Notes: generated by a model from the letters alone, not told the origin. DNA of 64,000 bases from an uncultured virus (IMG/VR IMGVR_UViG_3300030098_006004) (IMGVR_UViG_3300030098_006004); one strand, 5' to 3'. Positions 47,382 to 57,327 are shown, counted from the first letter of the stretch. A program made the numbers and translations.

Positions 47382-48172
47382 TGCCCTATAATTAGTATTT
47401 CAGAACTGGAACCCATCGTTTTTGTTGAAACATTTTTCATACCATAAGCCCAGTGTGCATCAAAGATTTCGTAATCCTTATACATCTCTCTGATTTCGGG
47501 AGTATTATTATAAGATAATAACCATCCTTTTCTTTTATTCAATAGATTAAATAGTCCCTCGTGGTCAAAGCCTGAATGAGTTGAGCCGTTCTTCCCGTAG
47601 AGGTTGTTGTTCTTCTCTAGCATATAGGGAGGGTCGCAATACAAGAACGCATCAGGATGCTTAGGGATGGACTCTTTAAAGTCTAGGCAACCTACCTCCA
47701 GGTTGGGCTCTTGAAACTTCCTTACACGCTCAATAGAACTAGTTGTGAAGCGTTTATAGGCTGCTTGCTTTGAGTAACCGCCTGAAAGTGTAGCACCTGA
47801 GAATGAACTGCGGTTGAGTGCATAGAATTTTGCTGCGTGAGTTAAGGTAGTTGCAGGTTCCTCACACAAGTCTCTTTTAAGGCGCAAGAAATCGTTCCGT
47901 GTTAGCCCTTTGTTTCCATCAAGAGGGGTGCGATAAGTATCCGCTAGCGTAGCGAGAGCCATGGGAGACTTAAGAAGATGCTTCCAAAAACACGTCAAGG
48001 GCTGGAAAATATCATAGCCATAAACCTTCGTTCCCCTCTCGGCAATCTTAAGTTCAACGGAGCCTCCTCCAATAAAAGGAGAGCAGAACTCTTTTGCATC
48101 GTTAGGAACAAAGGTAGCGATGTATTTGGCGGCTCTTGACTTGCCACCTGGATATCTTAAAGGCGATTTCAT
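47378..48172 (-). CDS. dam: D12-class N6-adenine DNA methyltransferase (Dam-like)
   Basis: SPLRYPGGKSR, PF.GGGSV, LNR.SFSG, YCDPPY, LSYN. Confidence 0.9.
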   Translation of the reverse strand: MKSPLRYPGGKSRAAKYIATFVPNDAKEFCSPFIGGGSVELKIAERGTKVYGYDIFQPLTCFWKHLLKSPMALATLADTYRTPLDGNKGLTRNDFLRLKRDLCEEPATTLTHAAKFYALNRSSFSGATLSGGYSKQAAYKRFTTSSIERVRKFQEPNLEVGCLDFKESIPKHPDAFLYCDPPYMLEKNNNLYGKNGSTHSGFDHEGLFNLLNKRKGWLLSYNNTPEIREMYKDYEIFDAHWAYGMKNVSTKTMGSSSEILIIGQ

Positions 48173-48405
48173 TGGACTCCTAAAACGTTATTATAGGCGT
48201 GTCTTGACAATTTGTAAAGAAATAACCAATCGCCAAGCCCCACGCCAAAAGAAAAAGAATGAATCCTCCTTTTCTTAGCTTATCTTTGGTTTCCCATTTC
48301 ATTTTCTGTCTCTAAGTTCTTTAATCTTTAGGATAATACCAGGGGCTAATATTAATCCTGTTAAAAAGCCAAAGAATATTCCTATAATCTCTAAGTCACT
48401 CATTG

Positions 48406-51400
48406 CTATCCCATCAATTTCCAGTTAGAAGTGCCTCTTTTGGTAGAGAATCCCCACTGGTCGCTAAAGTTTACTTTTACAATGTAAGGACGATTCAAGT
48501 AAAGATTGTCTTTATCTGAGTTTACGCCCCAGCATTTAATCTTGCTATCAACGCACGTTTCGTCCGTTACTCTAACTATCCAGAAATCCTTTTTATTTCT
48601 GGTTTTCTTTTTAATTACTTCTCGTGGGATACACCAAGTAATGTATCCATCATTTACCTGATATGTGAATCTATTGTCCTCATCTCCTAGAGGGGGAATA
48701 GCGCGGTCACGAAAACGCTGGTGTAGAGAATCGTTAATAACAAGATCAAGAGGAAAGATACCGGTAAGATCAGAAAGATTAGCGATCTTTTCATCAATCG
48801 AAAATTCAGCTTCTTCTTGATATGCTTGAATATTTTCATCTAATTTCTTCTTATTCTTTGGTCTATCCACAACTACAGAAGACCAAAAATGTTTCATTCC
48901 TTTAAACCTGTCGTCTTTAAGACAATCCAAAGCTCCGCTTAATGCTAAAACATTTAGAGCCTTTTTGTTAAGTTTAGAATAAACAATCTCTTCACTAAAG
49001 ATTAAATCTTCAACCGAACTAAAAGGTCGATGATTAAGAATTTGCTCAATAGCTTTATCTCCTAGACCTTTGATGGAATTTAAAGGCTGGATAAGAGTTT
49101 TATCATCGTCAGGGTCAATCTCCCATTCAATTCCTGAAAGATTTACATCAAGACCTCGAATGTTAAAGCCGAAAGACTTAGCAATGTTGATTGCTTTTTC
49201 TTTTCTTGCCTCGGGCTCTTTGTCCAAGAAAGCAGCCATCCACTCTGCTGGATAGTAAGTGTAGAGCCAAGCGCACTGATAAGAAATAGCAGCATAAGAA
49301 GTTGAGTGAGCTTTGTTGAACCCATACTTAGCAAAGTTTTCTAGGGTCTGCCAGATTTCCTGTGCTGTAGTTTTATCAATCTTCTTCTCCAAAGCTCCTT
49401 GGATAAACCTATCGTGGAACTTTTTAAGTTGTTTTTCTTTACCTGTTCCCCGTTTAGTTAAAAGTTTACGAATAATGTTTCCTTCGTCAAGCGTAATGTT
49501 TTTACCAATCTTGTGAGTGATTGTAGCAATCTGTTCCTGATAAAGAACAAAACCAAGTGTATCTCTCGTCTCTTCCTCAATGAGAGGGTGAAGATACTTC
49601 ACGTTATCCTTATCTTTCTTTGTCTTGACATACATTCTATCTACTTTGGCACCAAGGGGACCTGGGCGATAGATAGAAGTAATAGCCGAGAGGTCGTCAA
49701 GAGAGGTAGGTTTAGCCCGCTTGCAGAAGTTTTGAACTCCTGCTTGTGTAAACTGGAATGTCCCTACAAACTTGCCCTTATGGAATACATTTTTGTATAC
49801 CTTTTGGTCATCAAAGTCAATAACATCTGGGTGGAGAGTTTTGTCGTAATACTTTTTAATGTCTTTGAATGTTGGATTCTCTACATTGTGATGACGTTTC
49901 AAGATTGCTTTAATAGCATTTTCCATCATAGCTAGAGTAGAAAGACCAAGCAAGTCAAATTTAATAAAGCCTAATGGCTCCAAGTGACGAACATTCATTC
50001 CTTCTGACCAGGGAGTTTGTCGCACTCCACCCGAAGAGATAAGCGGCATATGTTTGTCTAACTCTTGACCAATCACGACACCGCCAGCATGACGGGATAC
50101 AGCGCGAATAGAACCATAGATACCATCAACGTGCGTAGCGACGTGAGGATACTTACGGAAGAACGCCTGAAGGCTTGAAGAGAACTCTTTTACTTCTTCA
50201 AAGGTAGGATTGTAGACGCCTGCTTTAATGCCGTGTTTTGCTTTGGCGTGAGGCATAGCTTCATTAATCATAGCGCCTGTAACTTTATTTACTTCTATGA
50301 AAGGAATCTCATAAAACTTGGAGATATCTTTGATTAGAGAGCGAAGTTGCAGGGTATTGTAGTTAGAGATAGGGACAACAGATGTCTCACCCCAGTCTTC
50401 AATAAGTTTTTCTGTAAGAGCCATGCGATCACTTACATCATAATCAATATCAGGCATACCAATCTGTGCTTGATTCTCAGACATAAAGCGTGAGAAAATT
50501 AGATTGTATTTGATAGGGTCAATCTGCGTAATGCCCAGAACATAAGACACAAGAGACGAAGCAGCAGAGCCTCGACCTAGACCTGTAAGCCAACCTTCGT
50601 TTGCTTTATCAGCAATAGCCTTCATTGTAAGAAAGTATTTAGCAAAACCCTGACCATTGATTACTTTAAGTTCGTGTTTCAATCGATCAGAGTATTCTTT
50701 ATCTAGGTGAAGATCTTTCTCTTTTAAAGCTAGAAGAGCGTATTCTTCTAAAACCGACTCTGCTTCCATTCCATCTGGAATAACAAAGTCAGGAAGCTTG
50801 ATTGAATCATCCGGCATAAAGTCTTCAATAACTTCGTGTGCGATGTGATGAGTATAAGAGATAGTTTCTTTTACTTCTTCATCGTCATACTCTACGCCGC
50901 ATTCCGCAGAATACTTTTTATAAGCAGCAAACATTTGGTCACCGTTCTTTGGATAAAGCTCGTAACCAATCTCTTCAATATCTTCTGGCAAATGGTCTGA
51001 AAGCCATTCAGGCTTTGTTGGACGATTAAGAAATCCAAGACGCTTGTATAGTTCTCTATCTTTCCAAGCAGTATCAGTCGGGTAATGACTGTCTGCTGTG
51101 GAAATAACTTTAAGATTAAACTCGTCTTTGATTTGTAGAATGTATTTGTTTAGTTCATGCTGCTCTGGAATGTTGTTCCACTGCACTTCACCGAACCAAC
51201 GATCACCAAAGATGGATTGCATCTTGGTCGTTGTTCGGCGCATGGCATCTAAAACAGCATCGCTGCCGCTGTCACGATTAGCCCAATAGTCACCTGCGTA
51301 AACGCCACCAAGGCAAGCAGACGAAGCCATAACCCCTTCATTGTATTTCTCCAATAGCTTGTAGTCGATTCTCGGAAAGCGATAAAAGTTGTCGTTTGTG

Positions 51401-51861
51401 AAACTTTCCGAAATAAGTTTAAATATGTTGCTCAATCCTTTTTGGCTTTGTGCAAGAAGAATTAAATGACGCCTGCGGTTGCGCACACGTTTGCTGTCTT
51501 TTGTTTCGCCTTCATCTTCAGACTCCATAGTGCCAGTGTGCTTCTTTAGCTTTCTGGCAGTTTTCTTGTCTTCTTTAAGTTCTTCGACCTCCGTGAGCCA
51601 GTCTTCGATAGATGGCAGGAAGTATGCTTCAACGCCAAAGATTGGCTTAAACTCCTTACCTTCTGCTTTCATCTTCTTTGCGTGAAGAAGCTGATAGCTC
51701 ATGCCATTGGCGTGACCGTGGTCAGTAAGAGCCAAGGCATCACAGCCATTGTTGTAAGCGAAGTCCATGTGTTCTTGTGGGAACCCAAAGCCATCGTTGA
51801 TGCTAAACGTTGAATGTCCGTGCAAATTGACGAACGGAATGGAAGGCGTCTTCCTACTCAT
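48406..51861 (-). CDS. dnaE: DNA polymerase III alpha subunit
   Basis: PHP domain (LH.HS.FS..DG, ALTDHG, DSHY), GRGSA, MPDIDYD, HAGG, KFDLLGL, YQEQ, YGFNKAHS. Confidence 0.95.
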   Translation of the reverse strand: MSRKTPSIPFVNLHGHSTFSINDGFGFPQEHMDFAYNNGCDALALTDHGHANGMSYQLLHAKKMKAEGKEFKPIFGVEAYFLPSIEDWLTEVEELKEDKKTARKLKKHTGTMESEDEGETKDSKRVRNRRRHLILLAQSQKGLSNIFKLISESFTNDNFYRFPRIDYKLLEKYNEGVMASSACLGGVYAGDYWANRDSGSDAVLDAMRRTTTKMQSIFGDRWFGEVQWNNIPEQHELNKYILQIKDEFNLKVISTADSHYPTDTAWKDRELYKRLGFLNRPTKPEWLSDHLPEDIEEIGYELYPKNGDQMFAAYKKYSAECGVEYDDEEVKETISYTHHIAHEVIEDFMPDDSIKLPDFVIPDGMEAESVLEEYALLALKEKDLHLDKEYSDRLKHELKVINGQGFAKYFLTMKAIADKANEGWLTGLGRGSAASSLVSYVLGITQIDPIKYNLIFSRFMSENQAQIGMPDIDYDVSDRMALTEKLIEDWGETSVVPISNYNTLQLRSLIKDISKFYEIPFIEVNKVTGAMINEAMPHAKAKHGIKAGVYNPTFEEVKEFSSSLQAFFRKYPHVATHVDGIYGSIRAVSRHAGGVVIGQELDKHMPLISSGGVRQTPWSEGMNVRHLEPLGFIKFDLLGLSTLAMMENAIKAILKRHHNVENPTFKDIKKYYDKTLHPDVIDFDDQKVYKNVFHKGKFVGTFQFTQAGVQNFCKRAKPTSLDDLSAITSIYRPGPLGAKVDRMYVKTKKDKDNVKYLHPLIEEETRDTLGFVLYQEQIATITHKIGKNITLDEGNIIRKLLTKRGTGKEKQLKKFHDRFIQGALEKKIDKTTAQEIWQTLENFAKYGFNKAHSTSYAAISYQCAWLYTYYPAEWMAAFLDKEPEARKEKAINIAKSFGFNIRGLDVNLSGIEWEIDPDDDKTLIQPLNSIKGLGDKAIEQILNHRPFSSVEDLIFSEEIVYSKLNKKALNVLALSGALDCLKDDRFKGMKHFWSSVVVDRPKNKKKLDENIQAYQEEAEFSIDEKIANLSDLTGIFPLDLVINDSLHQRFRDRAIPPLGDEDNRFTYQVNDGYITWCIPREVIKKKTRNKKDFWIVRVTDETCVDSKIKCWGVNSDKDNLYLNRPYIVKVNFSDQWGFSTKRGTSNWKLMG

Positions 51862-52047
51862 AATATACTCCTTTTAATGCTTATATTATAAGCGTGGTTA
51901 GAGTGTTTTCAAGGTAAAAGATTTATTTCTCTTTCTTCTCATCATCAACCAAAACAAGCAGGATGAAGAGGCTCATAACAACGAACATTCCTAATCCTGC
52001 CAATAGGCTCATGAGATGGTTTCCTTATTAATCAGCGCGACCAGAAA

Positions 52048-52674
52048 TCAATCATCGGTGGCATACTCGTAAACTATAAAAAATTGACCTTTAGGGGTCA
52101 CAAAAACTTCGCTTGTCCAAATTGGTATACCCTGGAGGCTGTCTCTGAAAAAAGCCTTGGCTTCTTCTTCAGTGCTTCCTTCTGGTGCCATTTCACCCGC
52201 CCAGGATGATCCCCTTCGCTTAAGTTGTGAATCTATAACGGATTTTGGGTCCTTGGCGACTTTAATCTTGTTCCTCTCGGCTTGTGCTGCTGCTTCTGCG
52301 TCTTTTCGGGCTTGTGTCGCTGATTGAGCGGCGGCGAGTAGGTCATCCTTTTTTGGAACATCAGAAGCGCCGAATAATCCTCTGCGATGGAAATTAATCA
52401 TTCCTGGAGTGAACACTCGGCGGGCGTCGTTATTGCCCAAATCGGAGTGTTTCTTAACGAACGCTGCGGCGGCGGCTTCTCGGGCTTGTAAGGTGCTCAT
52501 ATCCTCGTCAAGCATCATCTGATAAAGTTCAGCAAGGTCACTTTGATAGAAAGGGTTTCTAAGCATTAATTTAAAAAATGAAATAACACTTCTATTCGTG
52601 TGTTGAGTAAAATCACCCTCTTGCTGCTCTTTAATAACTTCTTTTACCAAGTTTCGTAGTTCGTTAAGTTTCAT
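52048..52674 (-). CDS. leader-bearing hypothetical late protein
   Basis: MKLNELRNLVKEVIKE leader; ACTATTTA at 52695-52702. Confidence 0.6.
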   Translation of the reverse strand: MKLNELRNLVKEVIKEQQEGDFTQHTNRSVISFFKLMLRNPFYQSDLAELYQMMLDEDMSTLQAREAAAAAFVKKHSDLGNNDARRVFTPGMINFHRRGLFGASDVPKKDDLLAAAQSATQARKDAEAAAQAERNKIKVAKDPKSVIDSQLKRRGSSWAGEMAPEGSTEEEAKAFFRDSLQGIPIWTSEVFVTPKGQFFIVYEYATDD

Positions 52675-52701
52675 TTATAAATCTCCGTCTTTATTAAATA
52701 G

Positions 52702-53550
52702 TTACATACAACTCAAATACCTTTCTCCTCTATCACAAAGAAAGGTTACCACCACTCCGGTGGGGTTATTTTTTTCTATCCAGCGCTCTGCTGCGAGCAC
52801 ATTAGCTCCTGAACTAATACCTACGAGCAATCCATTTTCTTTTGCTAACTGACAGGCTCTTTGTTTGGCGTCCTCTGTGGATACTAAAAGCTCTTCGTCA
52901 ATAATCTTTTTATCCACTAGAAAGTCATCGCCGTCATTAATTCCTTGAATGCCGTGGCTTGCTGCGTCTTCGGCAGGCATTGTCAAGAGGAACTTAGTTT
53001 CTTTCCATAGGCGAGACAAGTGGCGTTGGCAACCCATAATAGTGCCGCCAGTGCCTGCACCTGATACAAGAGCAGATAAGCGCGTAGGCATATCTAATAT
53101 TGCTTGCCCGATCTCTACTGCTGTAGTTTTCTCGTGACATTCAATATTGTAAGGGTTGCTAAATTGTCTTGGTGACCAGTAAGTTCCAAAGTTATGGACT
53201 AACTGATCTCTTTGTTCAATCGCGTCTTTAAAAGCATTGTCGCCTACTTCAATAATACGAGCCCCGAAGCGCCGCATCATTTGCTTGCGCTCTTCGCTCA
53301 TATTGCGCGGCATAACAATAATACAGCCGTATCCTTTGGCTGCTGCGAGCATAGCAAAGGCGATGCCTGTGTTGCCTGACGAAGCTTCTACAATAGTATA
53401 GCCTTCTCGCAAATCGCCGTTTTCTTCGGCTTTTTGGAGAATGTAAGCAGCCATCCTGTCTTTAATAGAGCCAGATGGATTGTATGCTTCAAACTTAGCG
53501 TAAAGTTTATCGCTCAACTTTACAAGAGGCGTGTTACCTATAAGGTTCAT
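52702..53550 (-). CDS. cysK: cysteine synthase (PLP-dependent)
   Basis: IGNTPLV, KFE..NP.GSIKDR, EASSGNTG, GAGTGGT, HGIQGI, G.SSGA, DRGERYLS. Confidence 0.9.
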   Translation of the reverse strand: MNLIGNTPLVKLSDKLYAKFEAYNPSGSIKDRMAAYILQKAEENGDLREGYTIVEASSGNTGIAFAMLAAAKGYGCIIVMPRNMSEERKQMMRRFGARIIEVGDNAFKDAIEQRDQLVHNFGTYWSPRQFSNPYNIECHEKTTAVEIGQAILDMPTRLSALVSGAGTGGTIMGCQRHLSRLWKETKFLLTMPAEDAASHGIQGINDGDDFLVDKKIIDEELLVSTEDAKQRACQLAKENGLLVGISSGANVLAAERWIEKNNPTGVVVTFLCDRGERYLSCM

Positions 53551-53551
53551 T

Positions 53552-53851
53552 TTATTCCTTATCTTCGTTCATTGTCTTGGTGTAGCTTAATAGCTCTTCG
53601 TCGCCTGCGGCGTGAGCTAGGGCAACCATAATATCTCTAATTCCATCGGCACCCAAAATGCTAAACATAGCGTCAGTCGCCTCTTCAGGATTATCGCGAA
53701 TAACTTGAACTACTTTTTCTTTCGGCTCTTTATCTTTACGTCCCATAGCCAAGAGACGGTCGAGTTCCCTATCGGAGATATCAATTTCTGACAAGGCTCT
53801 TTGGACTTCTTCGGTAATAATCTTGTTTAAATGTTGTTTAGTTATCTTCAT
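53552..53851 (-). CDS. leader-bearing hypothetical protein
   Basis: MKITKQHLNKIITEE leader. Confidence 0.65.
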   Translation of the reverse strand: MKITKQHLNKIITEEVQRALSEIDISDRELDRLLAMGRKDKEPKEKVVQVIRDNPEEATDAMFSILGADGIRDIMVALAHAAGDEELLSYTKTMNEDKE

Positions 53852-53854
53852 TTT

Positions 53855-54658
53855 TTAATCACGAATTGAATCTATGTAATCAATAGGGACAGTGATTTTT
53901 TTTACAAGACCTTTTCGTTCCAGCTTTGCAAGTATTTCCTTGTTTTGCAGCGCCTCTTTCAATATTTCTTTAGGGCTTTTAGATAATTGTATATCAACCA
54001 ACATGTATTGCTCCTCGTCGGGATCGACGGTGTTTACCGACTTGACGCCACGGGGTCCAATTCTCGCAATCCACTCTCCTTTTACATTTTTTCTAATGTA
54101 TTTGGTTAATCCCAAGCCGCTGGCTAGTTTGCCTACGTTTGCGTTCACTATCTCTGTACGCGGATCTGCGCCATATCCTGATCGGGGTTTAAAGTCTTTA
54201 CCGGGCTTTTTCAGTGCGATAGCTTCTTCCAGCGCCTCGGAAGGCTTCTCTGTTTTTAGATGTTCATAATATTCTGGATCTAGATCATAGAACTCTGTGT
54301 ATTTGCTTTGGACTTGATCAAAAGTCAAACCATCTTTAATAGCTTTTTTAAGTATGTCTTCTCTTCTTTTTACATTCTGGTAGTAGCGAGAGCCTGCTTC
54401 AGAATCTTCCAAGGCTTCTTTGACAACTTTCTCAACTTCTTCTTTGATGATTTCTTTAAGTCTTTGTTCTGTGATTTTCATTTTATTTTCCTTTGATTTC
54501 GGTCGGATCCACCCGGCATCTTCTAATTTTTTAAAAAGAAACATCTTGGCGTCAGAGGAGATTAATCGGCGGCTGAACCAATTATCCAGTTCCTCTTGAG
54601 GTGATCCTTCGTATTGTTCGTTGATAATTTCTTTAAGTCTTGTTTTCGTGATTTTCAT
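53855..54658 (-). CDS. hypothetical protein with tandem MKIT..RLKEII.E leaders (second in-frame ATG at 54481)
   Basis: MKITKTRLKEIINE and MKITEQRLKEIIKEE, both preceded by GAAAATAAA. Confidence 0.65.
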   Translation of the reverse strand: MKITKTRLKEIINEQYEGSPQEELDNWFSRRLISSDAKMFLFKKLEDAGWIRPKSKENKMKITEQRLKEIIKEEVEKVVKEALEDSEAGSRYYQNVKRREDILKKAIKDGLTFDQVQSKYTEFYDLDPEYYEHLKTEKPSEALEEAIALKKPGKDFKPRSGYGADPRTEIVNANVGKLASGLGLTKYIRKNVKGEWIARIGPRGVKSVNTVDPDEEQYMLVDIQLSKSPKEILKEALQNKEILAKLERKGLVKKITVPIDYIDSIRD

Positions 54659-54669
54659 TTTATTTTCTT

Positions 54670-54765
54670 TTAGCAGCAAGCGCAGTTAGTGCAGCCGCAG
54701 GTCTCGCAACAGCAGCAGCAGTGCTCGCGAAATAGATTTCTTAGTCTGTGTAAAAATTTCTTCAT
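54670..54765 (-). CDS. 31-aa Cys-rich metallothionein-like peptide
   Basis: Hand translation MKKFLHRLRNLFREHCCCCCETCGCTNCACC*; GGGAG RBS; ACTAATTA motif upstream. Confidence 0.6.
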   Translation of the reverse strand: MKKFLHRLRNLFREHCCCCCETCGCTNCACC

Positions 54766-54792
54766 TTTAGTTACTCCCTAAATATATATTAA

Positions 54793-55647
54793 TTAGTCAT
54801 CCGACTTGGGGATGCCATTAAATTCTCTATATTTAAGTAGTCTTTCACTTGGTCTTTTGATTTTTTTAGCGACACCATTTATAACATCGCAATATGTTTC
54901 CCAATCTTTTATCTCTTGTGCCTCGGGAATGTCTGCTTTATTATAATCACCAAGTTCCAAATATCCAAAGATTTGCTCTAAGGAAGCATCCCTGATAGAA
55001 GGAATGTTTGAGAGACATTGATGTCTTACTTCTTTTACCTGCTCCCAAGACAAGGTAAACGCCCAAGGCTTATTATTTAGTACAGTCTCGCCCTCAAACT
55101 CCAAAAAAAAGTTCTTTTTTGAAGAAATTAATCTTCTGTGTTCTCGCAAAAACCCTATGTTATAGATTCCAAAGGGAAAACTGAAATAAAACATATCTGG
55201 CTTTAACCAACGACTAATGTTCCTTGTGATTTTATGGCAGGTGAAAGCTCCGTGAAGAGAAGCCCACCCCATTGAGTCTTTGTGGTTTCTATCGTGGACA
55301 GAAATAGGGACATAATAGATAGGAATAGGTTTTTGTCGGAGGGTTTTATCGTAGAGAAAGTCATCAAAGTGGCGATAAAGCATAACAGGGTCTTGGACAT
55401 AATCTCCAAGGCGTTTCCTTATAAGAGGCTCTATATCGTCGCTACAGACAATCCATATTGTTTCGCACCCAGCATACGCACATTCCATTACGGAGCGTTC
55501 TACGGCTAAATAGTTAGGGGCTATGGGCATCATGACATCCGACCAAGGCATATTGAAATCAAGCGGTGGATGTGAAGCCGGGATAACTCCCGCCAAATGG
55601 AAGTTAGGTCCTGGCTGCGAGGATCTCTTCTGTACTTCTACCGTCAA
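54793..55647 (-). CDS. divergent nucleotidyltransferase (NTP_transferase)-like protein
   Basis: LAGVIPA......MMPI......VE..V..C..AGC..IWIV N-terminal pattern. Confidence 0.5.
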   Translation of the reverse strand: MTVEVQKRSSQPGPNFHLAGVIPASHPPLDFNMPWSDVMMPIAPNYLAVERSVMECAYAGCETIWIVCSDDIEPLIRKRLGDYVQDPVMLYRHFDDFLYDKTLRQKPIPIYYVPISVHDRNHKDSMGWASLHGAFTCHKITRNISRWLKPDMFYFSFPFGIYNIGFLREHRRLISSKKNFFLEFEGETVLNNKPWAFTLSWEQVKEVRHQCLSNIPSIRDASLEQIFGYLELGDYNKADIPEAQEIKDWETYCDVINGVAKKIKRPSERLLKYREFNGIPKSDD

Positions 55648-56464
55648 CTATAACATCTCCACATTCCATACTTTTTATTTCTGTCACTGGAATGATTTCT
55701 CTCCGATTAAGTTCAATCTTTAAAGGTCTGTATACTACTTTACCATTTCTGTCCGTTCCATTTAAGGGACCTTTTATGCCCCTTTGCTTCATCATTGAAA
55801 GAACTTTTAAACGGGCATATGTATCTGAGTATTCAGGGTCGTAGAGTTGTTTCTCTGTGAGAAAAGACTCTGCTACAAGATCTTTATTATTGTTGTTTCC
55901 TGGATCTCTTTCGTTTGGATAGAATATTATTTTTCTAACCAAGTTGGAATTGTCATCTTCAATCAAATCCACGTCGTGTTGAGCGCCTTTATTTACATCA
56001 AACCAATCATAAACACGAAAACCCTTTGTGACTTTTTCTGCCTCAAAGGGTAAATCATGGACATTTGTTGTGTCAAAGATGCGTAGTTTATCGTATGATA
56101 CACGAAAGACGCGAGCATTCTTGGTTGCTATCTTAAGCATATTGTTTTCTTCTAAGCGAATAGAAGAAACTTTATCAGCGAAAGGGTTTAATCCTCGGAA
56201 GGATAGCTTATACGCTAACGCATCAAACAAATCAATCTTCTTCGAGCCCTTGGGGAAGGACTCGCCTATCCCCAGATCATAACCAAAGCTGGTGGCGTCG
56301 AAAGTAAAAACGCTGTCCAGAGTATTATTGATGATATAAGAACTTTTTTCATTTGCGTAGATGTGAGCATTTAAGTTGCCTCCTATAACTATCTCTTTCC
56401 AATGGAAGAGGTGATTTTTTAGCAGCCGGTGAGTTTCGTCTTCCTCTTTATATTCCTTTGCCAT
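55604..56464 (-). CDS. conserved hypothetical protein (degenerate Rossmann-like IVIGG start)
   Basis: EIVIGGNL.A..YA; VYDWF. Confidence 0.5.
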   Translation of the reverse strand: MAKEYKEEDETHRLLKNHLFHWKEIVIGGNLNAHIYANEKSSYIINNTLDSVFTFDATSFGYDLGIGESFPKGSKKIDLFDALAYKLSFRGLNPFADKVSSIRLEENNMLKIATKNARVFRVSYDKLRIFDTTNVHDLPFEAEKVTKGFRVYDWFDVNKGAQHDVDLIEDDNSNLVRKIIFYPNERDPGNNNNKDLVAESFLTEKQLYDPEYSDTYARLKVLSMMKQRGIKGPLNGTDRNGKVVYRPLKIELNRREIIPVTEIKSMECGDVIVDGRSTEEILAART

Positions 56465-57009
56465 TTCTTTAAAATCCTTAAGTGTAAAGGTCTTTCATAG
56501 CATCGTCCCGAAGGTTTAGGATACCTAATAGAGGTAACCCAAGCCGCTATCCATAGTTTCTTTTGCGAGCGAAAGCGACATTGTTTCTTCACTTTCTTCA
56601 ATTGCCTTACGACATGTTTCATCCAAAATTCAGCAGCTTGATGGGGGTTAAAACGGTCAACACCGTATTTCTTGACCCATACCCATTGCTGAAGTATCCC
56701 TTTCGCACGAGGGATGCGCTTCTTTTTCGTGTAATCACCGAGAGCCTTGGGGTTATACCCTGACTCGTGACACGCAGCAGCAAGAAGCATTCCTTGCAGC
56801 TCGGGCGGTGGATTATGTTTGGCTTCAATCTTAACCAGATCCCATAACAAACTTACGTTAACCTTTTCAGGCTTAGCGTAGGGGCACTTATAAGTTGCCT
56901 GGTCTACGATGCTAACATAATCATCATAAATATCTTGTGGGATATTGTTATCTTGAGGATAACCCCCGATTATTGCTGAAGAAATCAGCGCTGTTAGTAA
57001 AGCATTCAT
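56419..57009 (-). CDS. lytic transglycosylase/lysozyme-like protein with signal anchor
   Basis: AAACHESGYNP.A.GD...A.G.LQ. Confidence 0.65.
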   Translation of the reverse strand: MNALLTALISSAIIGGYPQDNNIPQDIYDDYVSIVDQATYKCPYAKPEKVNVSLLWDLVKIEAKHNPPPELQGMLLAAACHESGYNPKALGDYTKKKRIPRAKGILQQWVWVKKYGVDRFNPHQAAEFWMKHVVRQLKKVKKQCRFRSQKKLWIAAWVTSIRYPKPSGRCYERPLHLRILKKWQRNIKRKTKLTGC

Positions 57010-57063
57010 AAGAATATTATACTCATAACTAGAATATTCCTTGAGGAAAATCCCATTTTGAGC

Positions 57064-57327
57064 TTAATCCAAAGCCCCCATGACATAATTTTCAAGAATA
57101 AGAAACTTTGTTTCCTTATTGATTTCAACTTGTTGAACCATGGAGTTATCAATGATGATTGTTTGGTCTTTTTTTACATTTAATTTGCAATCATCAGCAA
57201 AATCTAGGACTTTTGCACTGATATATGGCGATGCGGGTTTGTAGCCATCGGGAACCAACACAAAACTTTCTTGCTCTTGTTCCGTCGTCACAGGCTGCAC
57301 CAGCAGGTGCCTGTTAAAAGGCTTCAT
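57064..57327 (-). CDS. groES: co-chaperonin GroES-like protein
   Basis: MKPFNRHLLVQP...VLVP...A.VL......V.....I........I......LI.EN.V.G. Confidence 0.7.
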   Translation of the reverse strand: MKPFNRHLLVQPVTTEQEQESFVLVPDGYKPASPYISAKVLDFADDCKLNVKKDQTIIIDNSMVQQVEINKETKFLILENYVMGALD

